NCBI RefSeq assembly: GCF_902713615.1
Contig: NC_052149.1
Location: forward strand, 239,108,823-239,172,822
Reading direction: 5' to 3'
Length of the DNA: 64,000 nt
From: Scyliorhinus canicula
Lineage: Eukaryota
The position numbers and the translations under genes are program-made. Of this stretch, positions 25,816-38,714 are shown one piece after another (the first letter of the stretch is position 1; each line of letters opens with the position of its first letter). The notes beneath the pieces were generated by a model. The model did no database searches, was not told the origin of the DNA, and saw only the letters and a program-made list of their open reading frames with translations.

Positions 25816-25873
25816 GAATCCCCATGGACCATAATTCTATGAAGCTCTGTCTTGTGATGAATAACTAGATCAT

Positions 25874-26916
25874 GTGTCGTAATGCTATAGAGGTAATGTT
25901 TAGTTTTAGTTCTGGGACGATTGTTGCTGTGACTACAATGCAGGGCCTTAGAGATTGCCCCAACACCTGAAAGATAAAATGTAGTTCAGAAGGCTACTTA
26001 TGGTTGTTTAATAGAGTCAAAATCGAAGAGATGGAGCCATAAAAGCGCAAGTTGGGCTGAATTCACTGGAGAAGTGGAGATTAGGTGTGTACACTGTTTC
26101 CAAGGAAGTGCAGTCCAGAGAGATGTTTTACTTTCGGAGTTGGAACTAAATTAGCTTTCAACAGGCTCCGAAAGCTATTATCTTATCTCTGTTATCTTAT
26201 ATCTATTGTCTGCCATTATCAAAATGGATGGGGTTTAAGAAGATTCTGTGGTTTCAATTTATCTGTGCGTTTTCTGGGAAAGAGGATGGTTGCAGTTTGG
26301 ACCTTGTGTAGTTTGCAGCTCACAGAGAGGTCCTGGGAGCTATTTATTGCTCGGTGAACCTGGGAGACTGGAGTTTGGAGAAACCAAGGGGCAGCGCCCC
26401 CTTAGTGAAACTAGTGGTCAGCAAAAGAGTTGGATGTGAGAGGGTAAGGAAAGGCAGGAGTGCAGCGTTGTGAATCCCATTGAACACCATTTCAGCACAA
26501 GAGGCCGAACCAACTGGAGCTGAGCTGCCATTGAATCATTCCAAATTTGAGTAACTGTTGAGGAATTCCAAGGCTGGATATCCATAATGGAAGGGTCCTT
26601 TGTGAGGGTGACAAAGTTTTAATGACGGTGGCCATTGATGACTGGGTGGGTCACTGAGAAATCCAGGGAATCTGCCGTGATCACATCTGTCATTTAATGT
26701 GCAGTGTGGTGTGTTTGACGATAATTTATCTGTTGATTCATATTTACCTCATGTTCACTCTGAATGTTAGAGTTTGAGGTAGCTATTGTGAATTGTTTTA
26801 CCTTTCTAACTTTATAGAGTTAAGCTAATTTTGTTTGTTTAACATTGTAGAATTGTGTGGCTTTGTTCTCCACGTAGGTTACTGCGGTTTCAAACTTTGC
26901 CCACTTCAAACAAACT
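25874..26916 (+). mobile_element. Probable LTR remnant (similar remnants at about 950-1405 and 29960-30560)
   Basis: TGT start and LTR-like composition only. Interrupted by a MITE. Confidence 0.35.
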
Positions 26917-27091
26917 GGGCGGGATTCTCCGGTCGTCGACACCGAAATCGCGTTCAGCGAACAGTCGAAGAATCTGAGCTCTCGACCAAATTGGGGGCGG
27001 CGCCGCTTTCGCGATGCCCCGCCCCCTCCAAAGTGGCGCACTCAGAGAGTATGGCGCGCCACATATCGATGGCCTCAGGACATTGCCTGAG

Positions 27092-27136
<45 letters not shown>

Positions 27137-27498
27137 CTCCACCTCGACCGGCCGAGTTCCCGACGACTTTGGTGAAGTGTGGTCCCACCCGTCGGGAACT
27201 CGGCGAGGTGGCTGCGGACTCAGTCCAGAGCCGCCACAGTCGGGGGAGGGCTGATGCCTGGACAGGGGGGACATTATTCGGGGCTGGGGGGCAATGTGGA
27301 GAGGTGGTCTGAGGCACGCGAGCCAGCTGGAGGGGAGGACTATTTCACAGGCTGGGTCCACGAGTGCCGGACGCCGTGTAGCACGGCGCAGCCGCTGCAG
27401 GCCAATTCTCGGCAATTCTCTGGGGCGCATCGGCAGCTAGCGCTGGGTGCTCTACACTGCCGGCCTGCTAGCCCCCACCAACACGGAGAATCGTGGCC
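26917..27498. mobile_element. Harbinger-type MITE with a long poly-C tract
   Basis: GGGCGGGATTCTCC...GGAGAATCGTGGCC. Confidence 0.75.
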
Positions 27499-27795
27499 GT
27501 TTTGCACCATTTTATCTGGGGTAGCCGAAGCCAGAAGGACTGAGCTCTCCCCCTTGTTCTGGACTCTCTAACCTCAGGAAATTGTTTTTGTCTATCAGTC
27601 CTTACTGCTAAGCATTTTAAATATCTCAATCAGATTGTCCTTTAATGTTTGATAAAGGAAAAGCAGAGAAGTGGTTATGTTACCAGATTAATGAGCCAGA
27701 GCTTCAATGAATGATTCAGAGACAATCCTATCATGGCAGTGTAGGAATTTAAATTCAGTTAATTAAATAAATCTGGAGCTAGTATCAGTAATGGT

Positions 27796-28520
27796 GGGCG
27801 AAATTCTCCCAAAACGGGAGAAATCGTCAAACTGCCGTAAAACCCGGGCGGGTTTTACGGCATCGCGCCCCTTCCCGACGGGGGACCGATTCTGGTCCCC
27901 CGTCGGGGCTAGCAGCCCGACGTCGGAGGCCCCGACAAGTCGGGCTTAACGAAAATCGTTAAGCCCGCTTGTCGGACTTAGCGCCGGCTGACGCGTCATA
28001 TGACGTCAGCCGCGCATGCGCAGGTGGGAAGACTCCACCCGCGCATGCGCGGGTGACGTCATCGCGTTTTTGCGCGAAACCCGCGCATGCGCGGTCCGGG
28101 TTGCCCCTCAGCCGCCCCGCGTATTGATACTGCGGGGCGGCGGAAGGACAAATAGTGCGCGGGCATCGGGCCCGCTGCCCGCGATCGGTGGGCACCGATC
28201 GCGGGCCCATGGCACCCTTGGCACGGCCGTGGTACTGCCGTGCCAATCGGTGCCATGGTTATTTTTTTCCAGGTGGTCACGACGTTTTTACGAATGGCAG
28301 GACCAGGTGTGTTTGCCGTTCGTAAAAGGTCGTAAAGGGCTGGGACTTCGGCCCTTCTAACAGCTGTGAATCGCTGCCGGCCGTAAAAAAACGGCGGCAG
28401 CGATTCGTGTCGGGATTTCGGCGGGGGGGGGGGGGGGAGAATAGCGGGAGGGCGTCAAAAAAGTCGGGAAGGCCCTCCCGCTATTCTCCCACCCGTCGTG
28501 GGGGGGGGAGAATTTCGCCC
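27796..28520. mobile_element. Young Harbinger-type MITE
   Basis: Perfect 15-bp TIR GGGCGAAATTCTCCC. Very CpG-rich. Flanking triplets are GGT and GCT. Confidence 0.85.
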
Positions 28521-29215
28521 GCTAACTGTGATAACAGTGAATAAGAAAATTGGAAAAGAAAAAGACCCATCCAGGTTCTGAAATTGCTTACTCACCAACA
28601 CCACGTTCTTTGATGCATTGTTTGGGTTGTGCCTGAATCACTTGTCACCTGACCTCATTACAGATTACACCCTATGGACAAACCAGTTTGTTTCAAGATG
28701 TGAGGTGTGAGTGACTGGCCTTGATGTCAAGGCAGCGTTTGGCCGTGTCAAGAAGATCCAGATTAAATTGAAGTCAATGAGAATCAGGGGGAAACCTCTC
28801 CATTGGCTGGAGTCATACCAATCAGAACGGCCAAAAGACGTAGGCACAGCAGTAGACCATTCAGCCCATCGAGTCTGCTCTGCCATTCATGACAGATCTG
28901 ATGTGATAACCATGTCAGACTATAAGACGTAGGGAAGATGGCTCGGGTTGTTGAAGATCAGGGCATCTCTGCTGGACGTCCTCAAGGTTTAATTTTCTTT
29001 TCTTTATTCTTTCATGGGACATTCACTGGAAACTATAAATTTGTTGCCCATCCCTAATTGCCCTGGAACTGAGTGGCTTTCTCAGCCATTTCAGGGCAGT
29101 TAAGAGTAACCACATTGTTGTTGGTCTGGAGTCACATGTCTGCCAGACCAGGTAAGGATGGCAGATGTCCTTCCCTAAAGGAGACTAGTGGACCAGATGG
29201 GTTTTTACAACAATT

Positions 29216-29800
29216 GATGAGGCTGCATAAGGCTCTAGTCAGACCCCATTTGGAGTATTGTGAGCAGTTTTGGGCCCGTATCTAAGGAAGGATGTGCTGG
29301 CCTTGGAAAGGGTCCAGAGGAGGTTCACAAGAATGATCCCTGGAATGAAGAGCTTGTCGTATGAGGAACGGTTGAGGACTCTGAGTCTGTACTGGTTGGT
29401 TTAGAAGGACAAGGGGGATCTTATTGAAACTTACAGGATACTGAGAGGACTGGATAGAGTGGATGTGGAGAGGATGTTTCCACTTGTAGGAAAAACTAGA
29501 ACCAGAGGACACTATCTCGGACTCGAGGGACGATCCTTTAAAACAGAGATGAGGAGGAATTTCTTCAGCCAGAGGGTGGTTAATCTGTGGAACTCTTTGC
29601 CGCAGAAGGCTGTGGAGGCCAATTCACTGAGTGTCTTTAAGAAAGAGATGGATAGGTTCTTGATTAATAAGGGGATCAGGGGTTATGGGGAGAAGGCAGG
29701 AGAATGGGGATGAGAAAATATCTGCCATGAGAGAATGGCGGAGCAGATTTGACGGGCCGACTGGCCTAATTCTGCTCCAATGTCCTATGGTTTTATGGTC
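29216..29800 (+). mobile_element. CR1 3' end inserted into a minus-strand SINE
   Basis: LVRPHLEYCEQFW and FFSQRVVNLWNSLP. SINE pieces flank it at about 29000-29215 and 29800-29900. Confidence 0.9.
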
Positions 29801-30644
29801 TGATGATGGTTTCATGGTCACCAATACTGAGGCTCACTCCATATTCCAGATTCATTAACTAAATTCAAATTCCCCCAGATGTTGTCAAAGGATTTGAACA
29901 CACGTCATTTGCTGTCTCTCTGGATTAGTGTTGCTGACTGACTTCTATCTTTATCACTATTAATAACCACAGTGTGCGAGTGTGTTCCATGTATTGGACA
30001 AATGACCACATAACAAGTCTTTAGTATAATCACAGTTTATTATTGAACATAGGATTGGTTCTATACTTAATAAATTACATCCTACTACACATCAGACTAT
30101 ATCTAGCAGTTTCAATGACCTTTACTTAACTTCCAAGTGACTGGCTCTGTGCAGGTTAGATAAGGACTTTATCTGGTTCTCCACGTGTGACAGTTGAAGA
30201 TCGTCTGGTGTGTCTAGGCTGAGTGTCACCTTTCAGGTGGAGATCGGGGGTCCTTGAACTTGGCTGGTCGATGTGCTGCAGTTGGTGGGACAGAGGCTGG
30301 TCCCAAAAGATGCAGAATGTTGGTCATGCAGCTCTTCTTATCCCCCGATCCTTCCCGCTCTTTTGGGCGGTCACAGGTAGGAATCCAATGGATCGATAGG
30401 ATTTCAATCACCCTAATCTATTCTGGCCAATTAGGGGCGGATATCTTGACAGCTGGGCAGGTCCTAGTTGTTATTGTCTAAGGCACGTGGGCACTCCCAA
30501 ACAACGCAAATAGGCACCCCCAAATCTGCTACTAATGTTAAGTTTCATTATGAATCACATTGTCCTGGGGAGACCTGTGAGTGGCCTCCTGAAGGTGCGA
30601 GTTTCTCGACAAGTCTGAGTTGTTGTTTGCAATATACACAAGTT

Positions 30645-31025
30645 GGGCAGCACGGTGGCGCAGTGGTTAGCACTGCTGCCTCACAGCGCCGAGGTCCCAG
30701 GCTTGATCCTGGCTCTGGGTCACTGTTCGTGTGCAGTTTGCACATCCCCCCCCGTGTTTGCGTGGGTTTCGCCTCCACAACCCAAAGATGTGCAGGGTCG
30801 GTGGATTGGCCGCGCTAAATTGGCCCATGGTACCATTGCGCTAAATAGGGGCTGTTTAGCTCACTGGGCTAAATCGCTGGCTTTTAAAGCAGACCAAGGC
30901 AAGCCAGCAGCACGGTTCGATTCCCGTAACAGCCTCCCCGAACAGGCTCAGGAATGTGGCGACTAGGGGCTTTTCACAGTAACTTCATTTGAAGCCTACT
31001 CTTGACAATTAGCAATTTTCATTTT
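30645..31025 (+). mobile_element. Truncated HE1 SINE followed by a short tRNA SINE
   Basis: HE1 head at 30645-30822, second SINE at 30848-31025. Confidence 0.85.
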
Positions 31026-31156
31026 TTTTTTAATTTATTGTTTAAAAAACAAGCAACATACACAAGTTGTGTCCTGTCTGTGTCCCAACCTGACCACAAT
31101 TCCCATCATCCCTTGCGGGCGGCCATTTTAAATGGCCACAACAGCCTAGTGACATT

Positions 31157-31331
31157 GGGCAGGATCTTCCAACCCAATCAGAGGTGACCACCCACGACAG
31201 ATTCCCTGGCGGTAGGATGGAGGAACCAGGCAAAACACCGCAGACATCAGTGGGGTCAGAAGATCCTGCTGGTGGTGAATGGTAAACCGTGCCCACCAGG
31301 GGGCGGGATGGGAGTGCTGAAAATCCCGCCC
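31157..31331. mobile_element. Short Harbinger-type MITE
   Basis: GGGCAGGAT...AAATCCCGCCC with TSD ATT. Confidence 0.75.
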
Positions 31332-33280
31332 ATTACAACTGTGCCGCCATATTCCTATAATTGCTCAGGGTACTGCCCTGGGCTCCACTATTATCAGTTG
31401 TGTCATCAATGACTTTTACTCCAATTCTTGGTTGTATCACAATGTATGTGTATAAGGCTCCTGTTGGCTAAAGGTTATGGAGACCTGACGTATTAGTACA
31501 GTACTGAGTGCTACATTATTGATGCGGCTGTTTTTCAGATGATGACCTGATACTGATGCTCCACCCTAGGGGATGGTAAACACCTCTTGACACGATTGAA
31601 AAATCAGCAGGATACCATCCTCTGAGCTGGCCAGCTATCCTTCTCAAATATGGCTAGCAAAAAACACATTGGTTGGCCACATATCTCCTTTGCCCATTGT
31701 GGAGTCTTGCTGTGCGTACGTTGACGGCCTTTGTCAGTAACGGATGCAAAGCAATCTCTTGACTGGTAAGCACTTTGGGATGGTAAATTTTACGACAGGC
31801 CGCCATTCAAATGCTAACCTACTGTCTGACTGAACAAAAGTGTCTCGCAAATTTCCGTCTTAATCAGGGTGAATTTCGCCAAGGTTTTCTTTCACCAGAG
31901 TGTGGTGAGAACTTGGAGCTCGCTACCAGATGAATGTGGTTGAGGAGAGTAATACTGCTCTTATTTAACAGGAAGCCAGTTAAGCACACGAGGGGGAAAG
32001 TTACAGGCAGACTGAGATGAAGTAAATAAAGTTGGAGCAGGCGTGTGTTGGACCAAATGGCCTTTTCCAGGACTGTACATTCTGTTCAAGAATTAGCGCT
32101 TGATAATAACCCCATTAGACTCCATTTCAGTTATTTATCAATGTAACTTTTAATGAAACTTGTTATGTAATTGAAATGTCCTCAGGCATCAGTGAAGTGA
32201 AGTCGAGATACGGTCCTCGTGATGTTCAGAACCGCTGAGCTATTTGTTTCAGTCCTCATTAACTGCCAGTATAAACATGCTTTCAAAGTGAATGTTTACC
32301 ATGGGCCAATCGCTGCCAAAGAACACAATAAAAAAATAACAGTTTACTTGTTGCTGGGTGTGGGATGTCTAATATTTGACTGTTGCAGGGTGTGGCTGGG
32401 GTGGTCGCTACACAAGAACAGTTTCACAGAAATAGCTTTCTGCTGCCCAGGGGTGAAAGGTCAAGCCGGCACAGACGTGAACTGCGACAGATCACTGCAG
32501 CTCTGTGTTCTCAAGCACGGAATTTGAAAGTTCTGATTTGCACCTGTAATTGGACAAATGTCCTGACTTTCACCACAGGCATGGGAGGAGAACTTGCGAT
32601 TCTTAAGCGACTGGTGAAATATGTTGGAATCACAGTTGCTACATCAATAAATTCAGCAGCATGGCAAGCTCCCAGAAACAGCAATCATTGAATCATCGAT
32701 CGATACAGCACAGAGGGAAACCTGTCCCTCTGCTGAATCTTTGGTAGACCTATCCAATTAGTCCCACATCTTTACACTTTCCCCACAGCACAGGAGCTTT
32801 CCCTCGTGAATTCCTCCAATTCCCTGTTGGAAGTTACAGTTGAACCTGCTTTCAGACAGTGCATTCCATTCCACAGAGTAAAGAAATGTCGCCTTTGTTT
32901 CTATTCCTGGCCTTCATTTGCTAAATGTTCTGCCACTGGAAACATTTACCCTTATTTATGCTGTATACACATTAAGCTCCTCTGTCAAATTTCTGTTCCA
33001 GCGATAACAATCACAGTTTTTCCAGCTTTGCTGATGTGTTCTCCATTTGAAGCTGTTAAATTTATTTAACGAAGCATATGTGCTGTTCGAGCATGCACAA
33101 TGGAGAGCGCACAAAAACACTGATTAAGGATTGTGTTGCAGCAATCTACCCAAGTATTTATATCGAAGTATCACATCGACAATGGGGATGATTCCCACCC
33201 GCGCAAATATGAAAAATTGCTTCCAGGATTCCAGACCAGGAATGTGTTTGGATTGTCAGAGAGAGACCTTTCTTCAGACA

Positions 33281-33483
33281 TGATGTGGAGATGCTGGCGT
33301 TGGACTGGGGTGAACACAGTAAGAAGTCTTACAACACCAGGTTAAAGTCCAACAGGTTTGTTTCAAATCACTAGATTTCGGAGCACTGCTCCTTCCTCAC
33401 CTGAGGAAGGAGCTGCGCTCCGAAAGCTAGTGATTTGAAACAAACCTGTTGGACTTTAACCTGGTGTTGCAAGACTTCTTACT
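33281..33483. mobile_element. Penelope-derived fold-back element
   Basis: Inverted arms of about 80 bp spanning 33318-33483. TSD TTCTTCAGACA at 33270-33280 and 33484-33494. Contains a hammerhead core typical of Penelope-like terminal repeats. Confidence 0.75.
33397..33433 (+). ncRNA. Minimal type I hammerhead ribozyme motif
   Basis: tcac-CTGAGGA-a-ggagc-tgc-gctcc-GAAA-gc-TA-gtga: CUGANGA core, 5-bp stem II, GAAA, palindromic AGCU stem III, NUH triplet CUA, stem I tcac/gtga. Confidence 0.65.
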
Positions 33484-34419
33484 TTCTTCAGACACAATGC
33501 GATTCTGGTTCCCTGGTCATGCAAACACTGCCCAGTCCACCAAGACAGCAATGGCTATGCCCACTGTACACACATTGTCACGCGCTCTGAGTCAACCGCT
33601 GCCTCTCTGCATTGGCAGAAGTAGCTGTGATGTCTCAGAGGCAGGCTTTTGCAATTGCAAAAAAGTAGAAGGTCTTACTTTTTCACGATTGAGGTGAAGG
33701 ATTGGCAGATATTTCAGAGACGCTTACACCTATGCAAGACAACCGCAACTCAGCAAAAATACGCAACATTCACGCCCAGGAAGAAATGGCAGTTAACTCT
33801 GCAGTGTTGTCTTTCATTTTGCTTTTAATATCTGAAACAATTGTCTACCGACACCCTAAACAAGCAGCAAACAAGACAACTGATCCATTTTTGCACTTAG
33901 CAACCAACATGACTTTTGTGATCAGGAAATAAAAATATAAATATTCAAAGGTTTGCTGTCCAGTCGACTATGCTGAAAGGCACTGGGGAAGACAAAAAGC
34001 TGCTGCAGCTGGACTTAGGAAGATCACTATCACCCCCAGGGTCCAGAGCTGCTGAAATCGAAGCTGCCATGAGGAATGACCAAACACCAAGTCCAACTTC
34101 TGTGAACATTGTTCATTACTGTTCACGGGCCACCTGAAAAGCAACACCAGCAGCCTCGCGGATTTGTGACACCAGAAAGACAAGGCAACCAGACATTTGT
34201 GACATTGGCTGCTTGGAGACAGATGTTCTGATCAATGCTGAAGCATCTCCCAATGCCACGGGAGATAAAATGTTCAGAAAACCTCAGTATCACCCCATTC
34301 TCCGCAAACCCGGGAATACACGCCAATCTCCTCTGCGCTCTCTCTCAACCCTTGGCACCTTTCTTCAAAGTGTGGTGTCAAACGTTGAACACACAGTTGT
34401 ATCACTTATCCACATTTGG

Positions 34420-35610
34420 AACACAGGAACAGGAGGAGGCCATCCAGCCCATCGAGCCTGCTCCGCCATTCAATATGATCACGGCTGATCAGCCACTTCA
34501 ACGCCTTTTACGCCCACTGCCCCGAAACCCTTGACATCACTGTTAATCAGACATCTATGAATCTATCCATCTCTGCTTTAAATCTCAGCAGCTGACCTTA
34601 CACAGCCTCTGGGGTAGAGAATCCCAAAGATTCACAACCCTCTGTGTGAAGAAATTTCTCCTCATCTCGGTCCGAAGTGCCGTTATTTTGAAATTGCGTC
34701 CCCTGGTTCCAGGCTCCCTAACGAAGAGAAACACCTTGGCCGGATTCTGTGATCCCTCACCGGGTCGGAGAATCGGCAGGGGTGCACGAGATTCGGGCCA
34801 CACCACTCCGCGCTGGCCCGTCGATTCTCCAGCGCCGATTTTCGGGCCCCCGCAGCATTGCCGTCGAGCCAGTCGGGGGCCGTTGAAAGCGACCCCCCCC
34901 CCCGCAATTCTTCGGGCCTCGATGGGCCGAGTGCCCGCCACGTTCGGCCAAGTCCTGCCGGTGTGGGTTATGCATCGTCCCACCCGGTGGGACCTCATAG
35001 TTCTGGCTGCGGGTGCCGTCCTGGTGGGGGGCGGGGGGATCCGACCCTGGGGGGAACCAGCACGGTGGCCTGGCCCGCGATCGGGGCCTACCCATCAGCG
35101 GGTGGGCTAGTTCCGTGGGGCCTATGTTCCTCCGCGCCGGGCCCGTGTAGGGCTCCGTCATATTGCCCAGGGGCCTGCGCGGAGACAGAAACCCAGGCGC
35201 ATGCGCGGACTCGCACCGGCCGTGGCGCACTGGCATTCGTGTGCCGGAGCTGCGGACACCACTCCGGCGCCGTACTAGCCCCCTCGGAAGGGGTGAATAC
35301 CTCACAGTTGAGGCTCGCGCTGCTTTTCACGCCGGCGTCAGAACTTGGCCGCGGGTTTGGAGAATCCCGGCCCTTACCTGCATCCACCCTGTCAGTGCTT
35401 TGCGGGTTTCAATGAGATCATCTCTCATTCTACAGAATACAGGCCCAGTTTGCCCAGTGTCTCTTCATCACACAGTCCCGCCATCCCTGGAACGAGTCTG
35501 GTGAATGTTCATTGCGCTCCCTCCATGGTAATAATATCCTTTCTGAGGCAAAGGGACCAAAACTGCTCATAGTGCTCCAGGTGGGGCCCAATCAAACAAG
35601 GCCTCACTAC
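34420..35610 (-). mobile_element. CR1 3' fragment split by a MITE
   Basis: RTEMRRNFFTQRVVNLWDSLP. The CR1 sequence resumes after 35375. Confidence 0.8.
34738..35372. mobile_element. Harbinger-type MITE
   Basis: TIR GGCCGG(G)ATTCT. 3-bp TSD CTT. Removing it restores the CR1 sequence. Confidence 0.85.
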
Positions 35611-37649
35611 TCCTGCACTCAAATGCCACCTGCTGATTTTACACGTTTGTTCTGACTTCCTGGCATCTGGTACTTTCACCTCATCACTTACTCCATTTCC
35701 AAATTTTGGAAACTTGCAAACTGCAAAATTAAGCCCTGGAGGTTAACATTATACACATTCCCTTTCCTTCCTTTTGAACAGTCCAGCATTCATCATCACT
35801 GTCTTCCTCTGTCCCTTAACCAATTACATACCCACATTTGCCAGCTTGCCTTTAATCCAATGGACTGTAATTCTGCTAACAAGTTAATTATGCAGCACTT
35901 CATCAAAGCCCTTTTGAAATTTCATGCACATAACATTACCCTTGTCACTCATGTTCTTCTCACCATCAAAGAACTCAATCGAGTTAGTCAAATGTGATTT
36001 GCCTTTAACAAATCTGTGATGACCTTAATTTATTATCTCATACTTTGAGAAGTGCAGTGCTGGACCATTATCTTTAAATGTTTCCTCAGCACTAAAATTA
36101 GTCTTACTGGCCTATAATCGCTGACTTTCCCTTTTCCCAACAGGGTTTGCTATCCTCCAGCATCATCCCCACATGTCAAAGGACGAATTAAACAACCAGA
36201 TTGTCGGCTTTCAGTCCGGCTGAGGGATAAATGTTGAACAGGAAACTGGGGTTGGGGGGGATGGGGGGAGGGTGGATAGCACTCTGGGATTGTCTCTGTC
36301 CAGCTGGAAGGACAGGCAAGGGCTGGGTTTAGCGGTTTATCTGAGAGATGACACGTCCCAAAGTGCGGCACTTACTCAGTGCTGCATTGGATTCAGTACT
36401 GTTTAGGGGCTAATTCGCTGCCTTTGAAAGCAGACCAAGTCAGGCCAGCAGCACGGTTCAATTCCCATAGCAGCCTCCCCGAACAGGCGGCGGAGTGTGG
36501 CGACTAGGGGCTTTTCACAGTAACTTCATTTGAAGCCTACTTGTGACAATAAGCGATTTTCATTTCATTTCATTACTTGTCATAAAGTGTTGGCTATAAT
36601 CCGGGGGTATTATTAAGATATTCGTAGTCTTAGGTAGTTCAACAGTAAGTATTTATTCACCACTGAAAAGTATATACATCGATACCACCAACTGTCCTGG
36701 TTTGAGACAATTCACACCTCTTCAACCTGTGATTATCCCTCTCTCCTGTTGCTCTGTCCGGTAACCCAGATAGCAACAGCCAATACCTGCCACAGCAGAT
36801 GGTGAAATAAAAAGTCTAATGATGACCATGAAACCATTGTCGATTGTTGTAAAAACCCATCTGGTTCGCTAATGTCCTTTGGGGAAGGAAATCTGCCGTC
36901 CTTGCCCGGTCTGGCCTACATGTGATTCCAGACCCGCAGCAATGTGGTTGGCTCTCAAATGTGCTCTGAAATGGAGGGTTGTTAGGGACAGAAAATAAAT
37001 TCTGGCCCACCCAATGGCTCACATGTCCTGTAAAATTAATTTTTTAAAGATTGTTTACCCTCAACCCGTCTGGAAAAATAATCCGCTCTGCTAGGGAATA
37101 ATTTGCAGTTGAGGATAAACAAATCAATGTCCAACCTGTCCCATAGCCTGATTGGGAACGGTGTGGGGGATAAAGGGCACCCTATTCCCTCATTCCCTCC
37201 AGCATGCACACTGGACGGTTCACTATCAGGCCCTCACTTTCCCTGGAAATGACTAGCACTGACAGATTGGACCCGTGTCATGCAAACATACGAACATATG
37301 AACAAGGAGCAGGAGTAGGCCATTCAGCCCCTCAAGCCTATTCCGCCATTTACTAAGATCACGGCTGATCTGATAATAACCTCAAATCGGAATCCTGCCC
37401 AACCCCATAACCTACCACCCCCTTTGTTTACCAAGAATCTACACACTTTCTGCCCTAAACGTATTCAAAAACTCTTTATCGACGACAGTAAGGCTTTTTC
37501 ATTGTTTGAACCAAGCTTTCACAGTAACATCACTTGGTCTGTGTCGTGGCCACCCTTGTTGGCAGTACCAGTGGCTGTGGGCTCACACTCCTCCTCTTGT
37601 CTGTGTTCCCGATCTTTTGGAGTTTACTTGTGATCACCTGTAGGTGTCT

Positions 37650-37875
37650 CCTTGTTGATCTGGAACGCGCCGCCTGGGAAGGTGGTAGAGGCGGGTTGCT
37701 TCACATCCTTTAAAAAGTACCTGGGTGAGCATTTGGCACGTCAGAACATTCAAGGCTATGGGTGGGACAAGTGCTGGCGAGTGGGATTAGGCGGGCAGGT
37801 CAGGTGTTTTTCATTCGTCGGTGCAGACTCGATTGGCCGAAGGGCCTGTGCTGTTTTATTCTGTGATTCTGTGAA
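37650..37875 (+). mobile_element. CR1 3' end (related copy at about 41790-42000)
   Basis: WNAPPGKVVEAGCFTSFKKYL followed by a ctgtgattctgtga tail. Confidence 0.75.
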
Positions 37876-38714
37876 TCTGAGTGTCCTTTAAGCTCCACAA
37901 TCAGGTTGACAACCTATTTGGTTGGAAGAGTTACTGTGGCTCTGGAAAGTGTGCTGGCCTAGTTTGGTGAACCTCATGAGACATAGATGGAATTTCTGGA
38001 TTCTGGGAAGCCTGTGGATGAAGCATGTGACCAGAATGTCCGTTTGGAACAGGATCCCTTTGATCCTAGTGAATGCTTCCTCTTGATGTGTGTCCCAGCA
38101 CCATGCCCTGTCTTTCTTCAGCAGATATCGCGAAGGTTCATTGACTTGTGCCAGGTTTGGTCAGAATCTTGCCAACCCTCCCTGAATCTCAGGAGGTGCA
38201 GAATTGAGGAGGGGGTTGGGAACTCGCGGATAGGCCCTGATTCCTGGGGTCGGCAGTGATGTCTTTATTGTTAACACTGTGTCCCAGGAGCCAAGTTCCT
38301 GACCCGGGGAACTTTTACTGTCAAGCAGCGTCAGGTCTGCTTCCTGGATGCGTCGGAACCCATATAGAGGGTGGGAGATTGCTGCCAATCTTCCACTATT
38401 CGAAGGGATTGCACCGCAAGTTCCAGATCCATTTTTGTCCAATGTTTCAGATCTCTGTGAAGCAAATGCAGGGGCAGAGGGAATTGGGAATGGTGGGAAA
38501 GCATGGGCAAGTCCCAGGACCTCCCTGTTGGTCTATCCATGTGCCTGACCAAAGGCAATGTCCACTGCCCCAGGTTTGTCACAGCCTGAGGTGGTGGTGG
38601 TGGGAGTGCGAGTTGGAGGGCGGGCGGGGATGGGCGCTGGTTCGGGCATGGGAGTGGGTGTCTCTCTAGCTGCCTGCCTCTGTTCCATGGTCCCCTCTTG
38701 TTGCTCGTTCTGGG

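Noticed and set aside
27796-28520. Host CpG-island promoter
   Set aside because: The CpG-rich block is bounded exactly by TIRs, so it is a transposon.
34120-34133. 14-nt phase 0-to-2 microexon that would link the candidate exons
   Set aside because: The acceptor is good but the donor is poor (CA|GTAATG). I found it only by looking for a fit.
34585-35504. Overlapping long ORFs in GC-rich blocks (also at 1256-2801, 4697-5284, 26820-28360, 40848-41437 and 46943-47708)
   Set aside because: Stop codons are scarce in GC-rich MITEs, so several frames are open at once.
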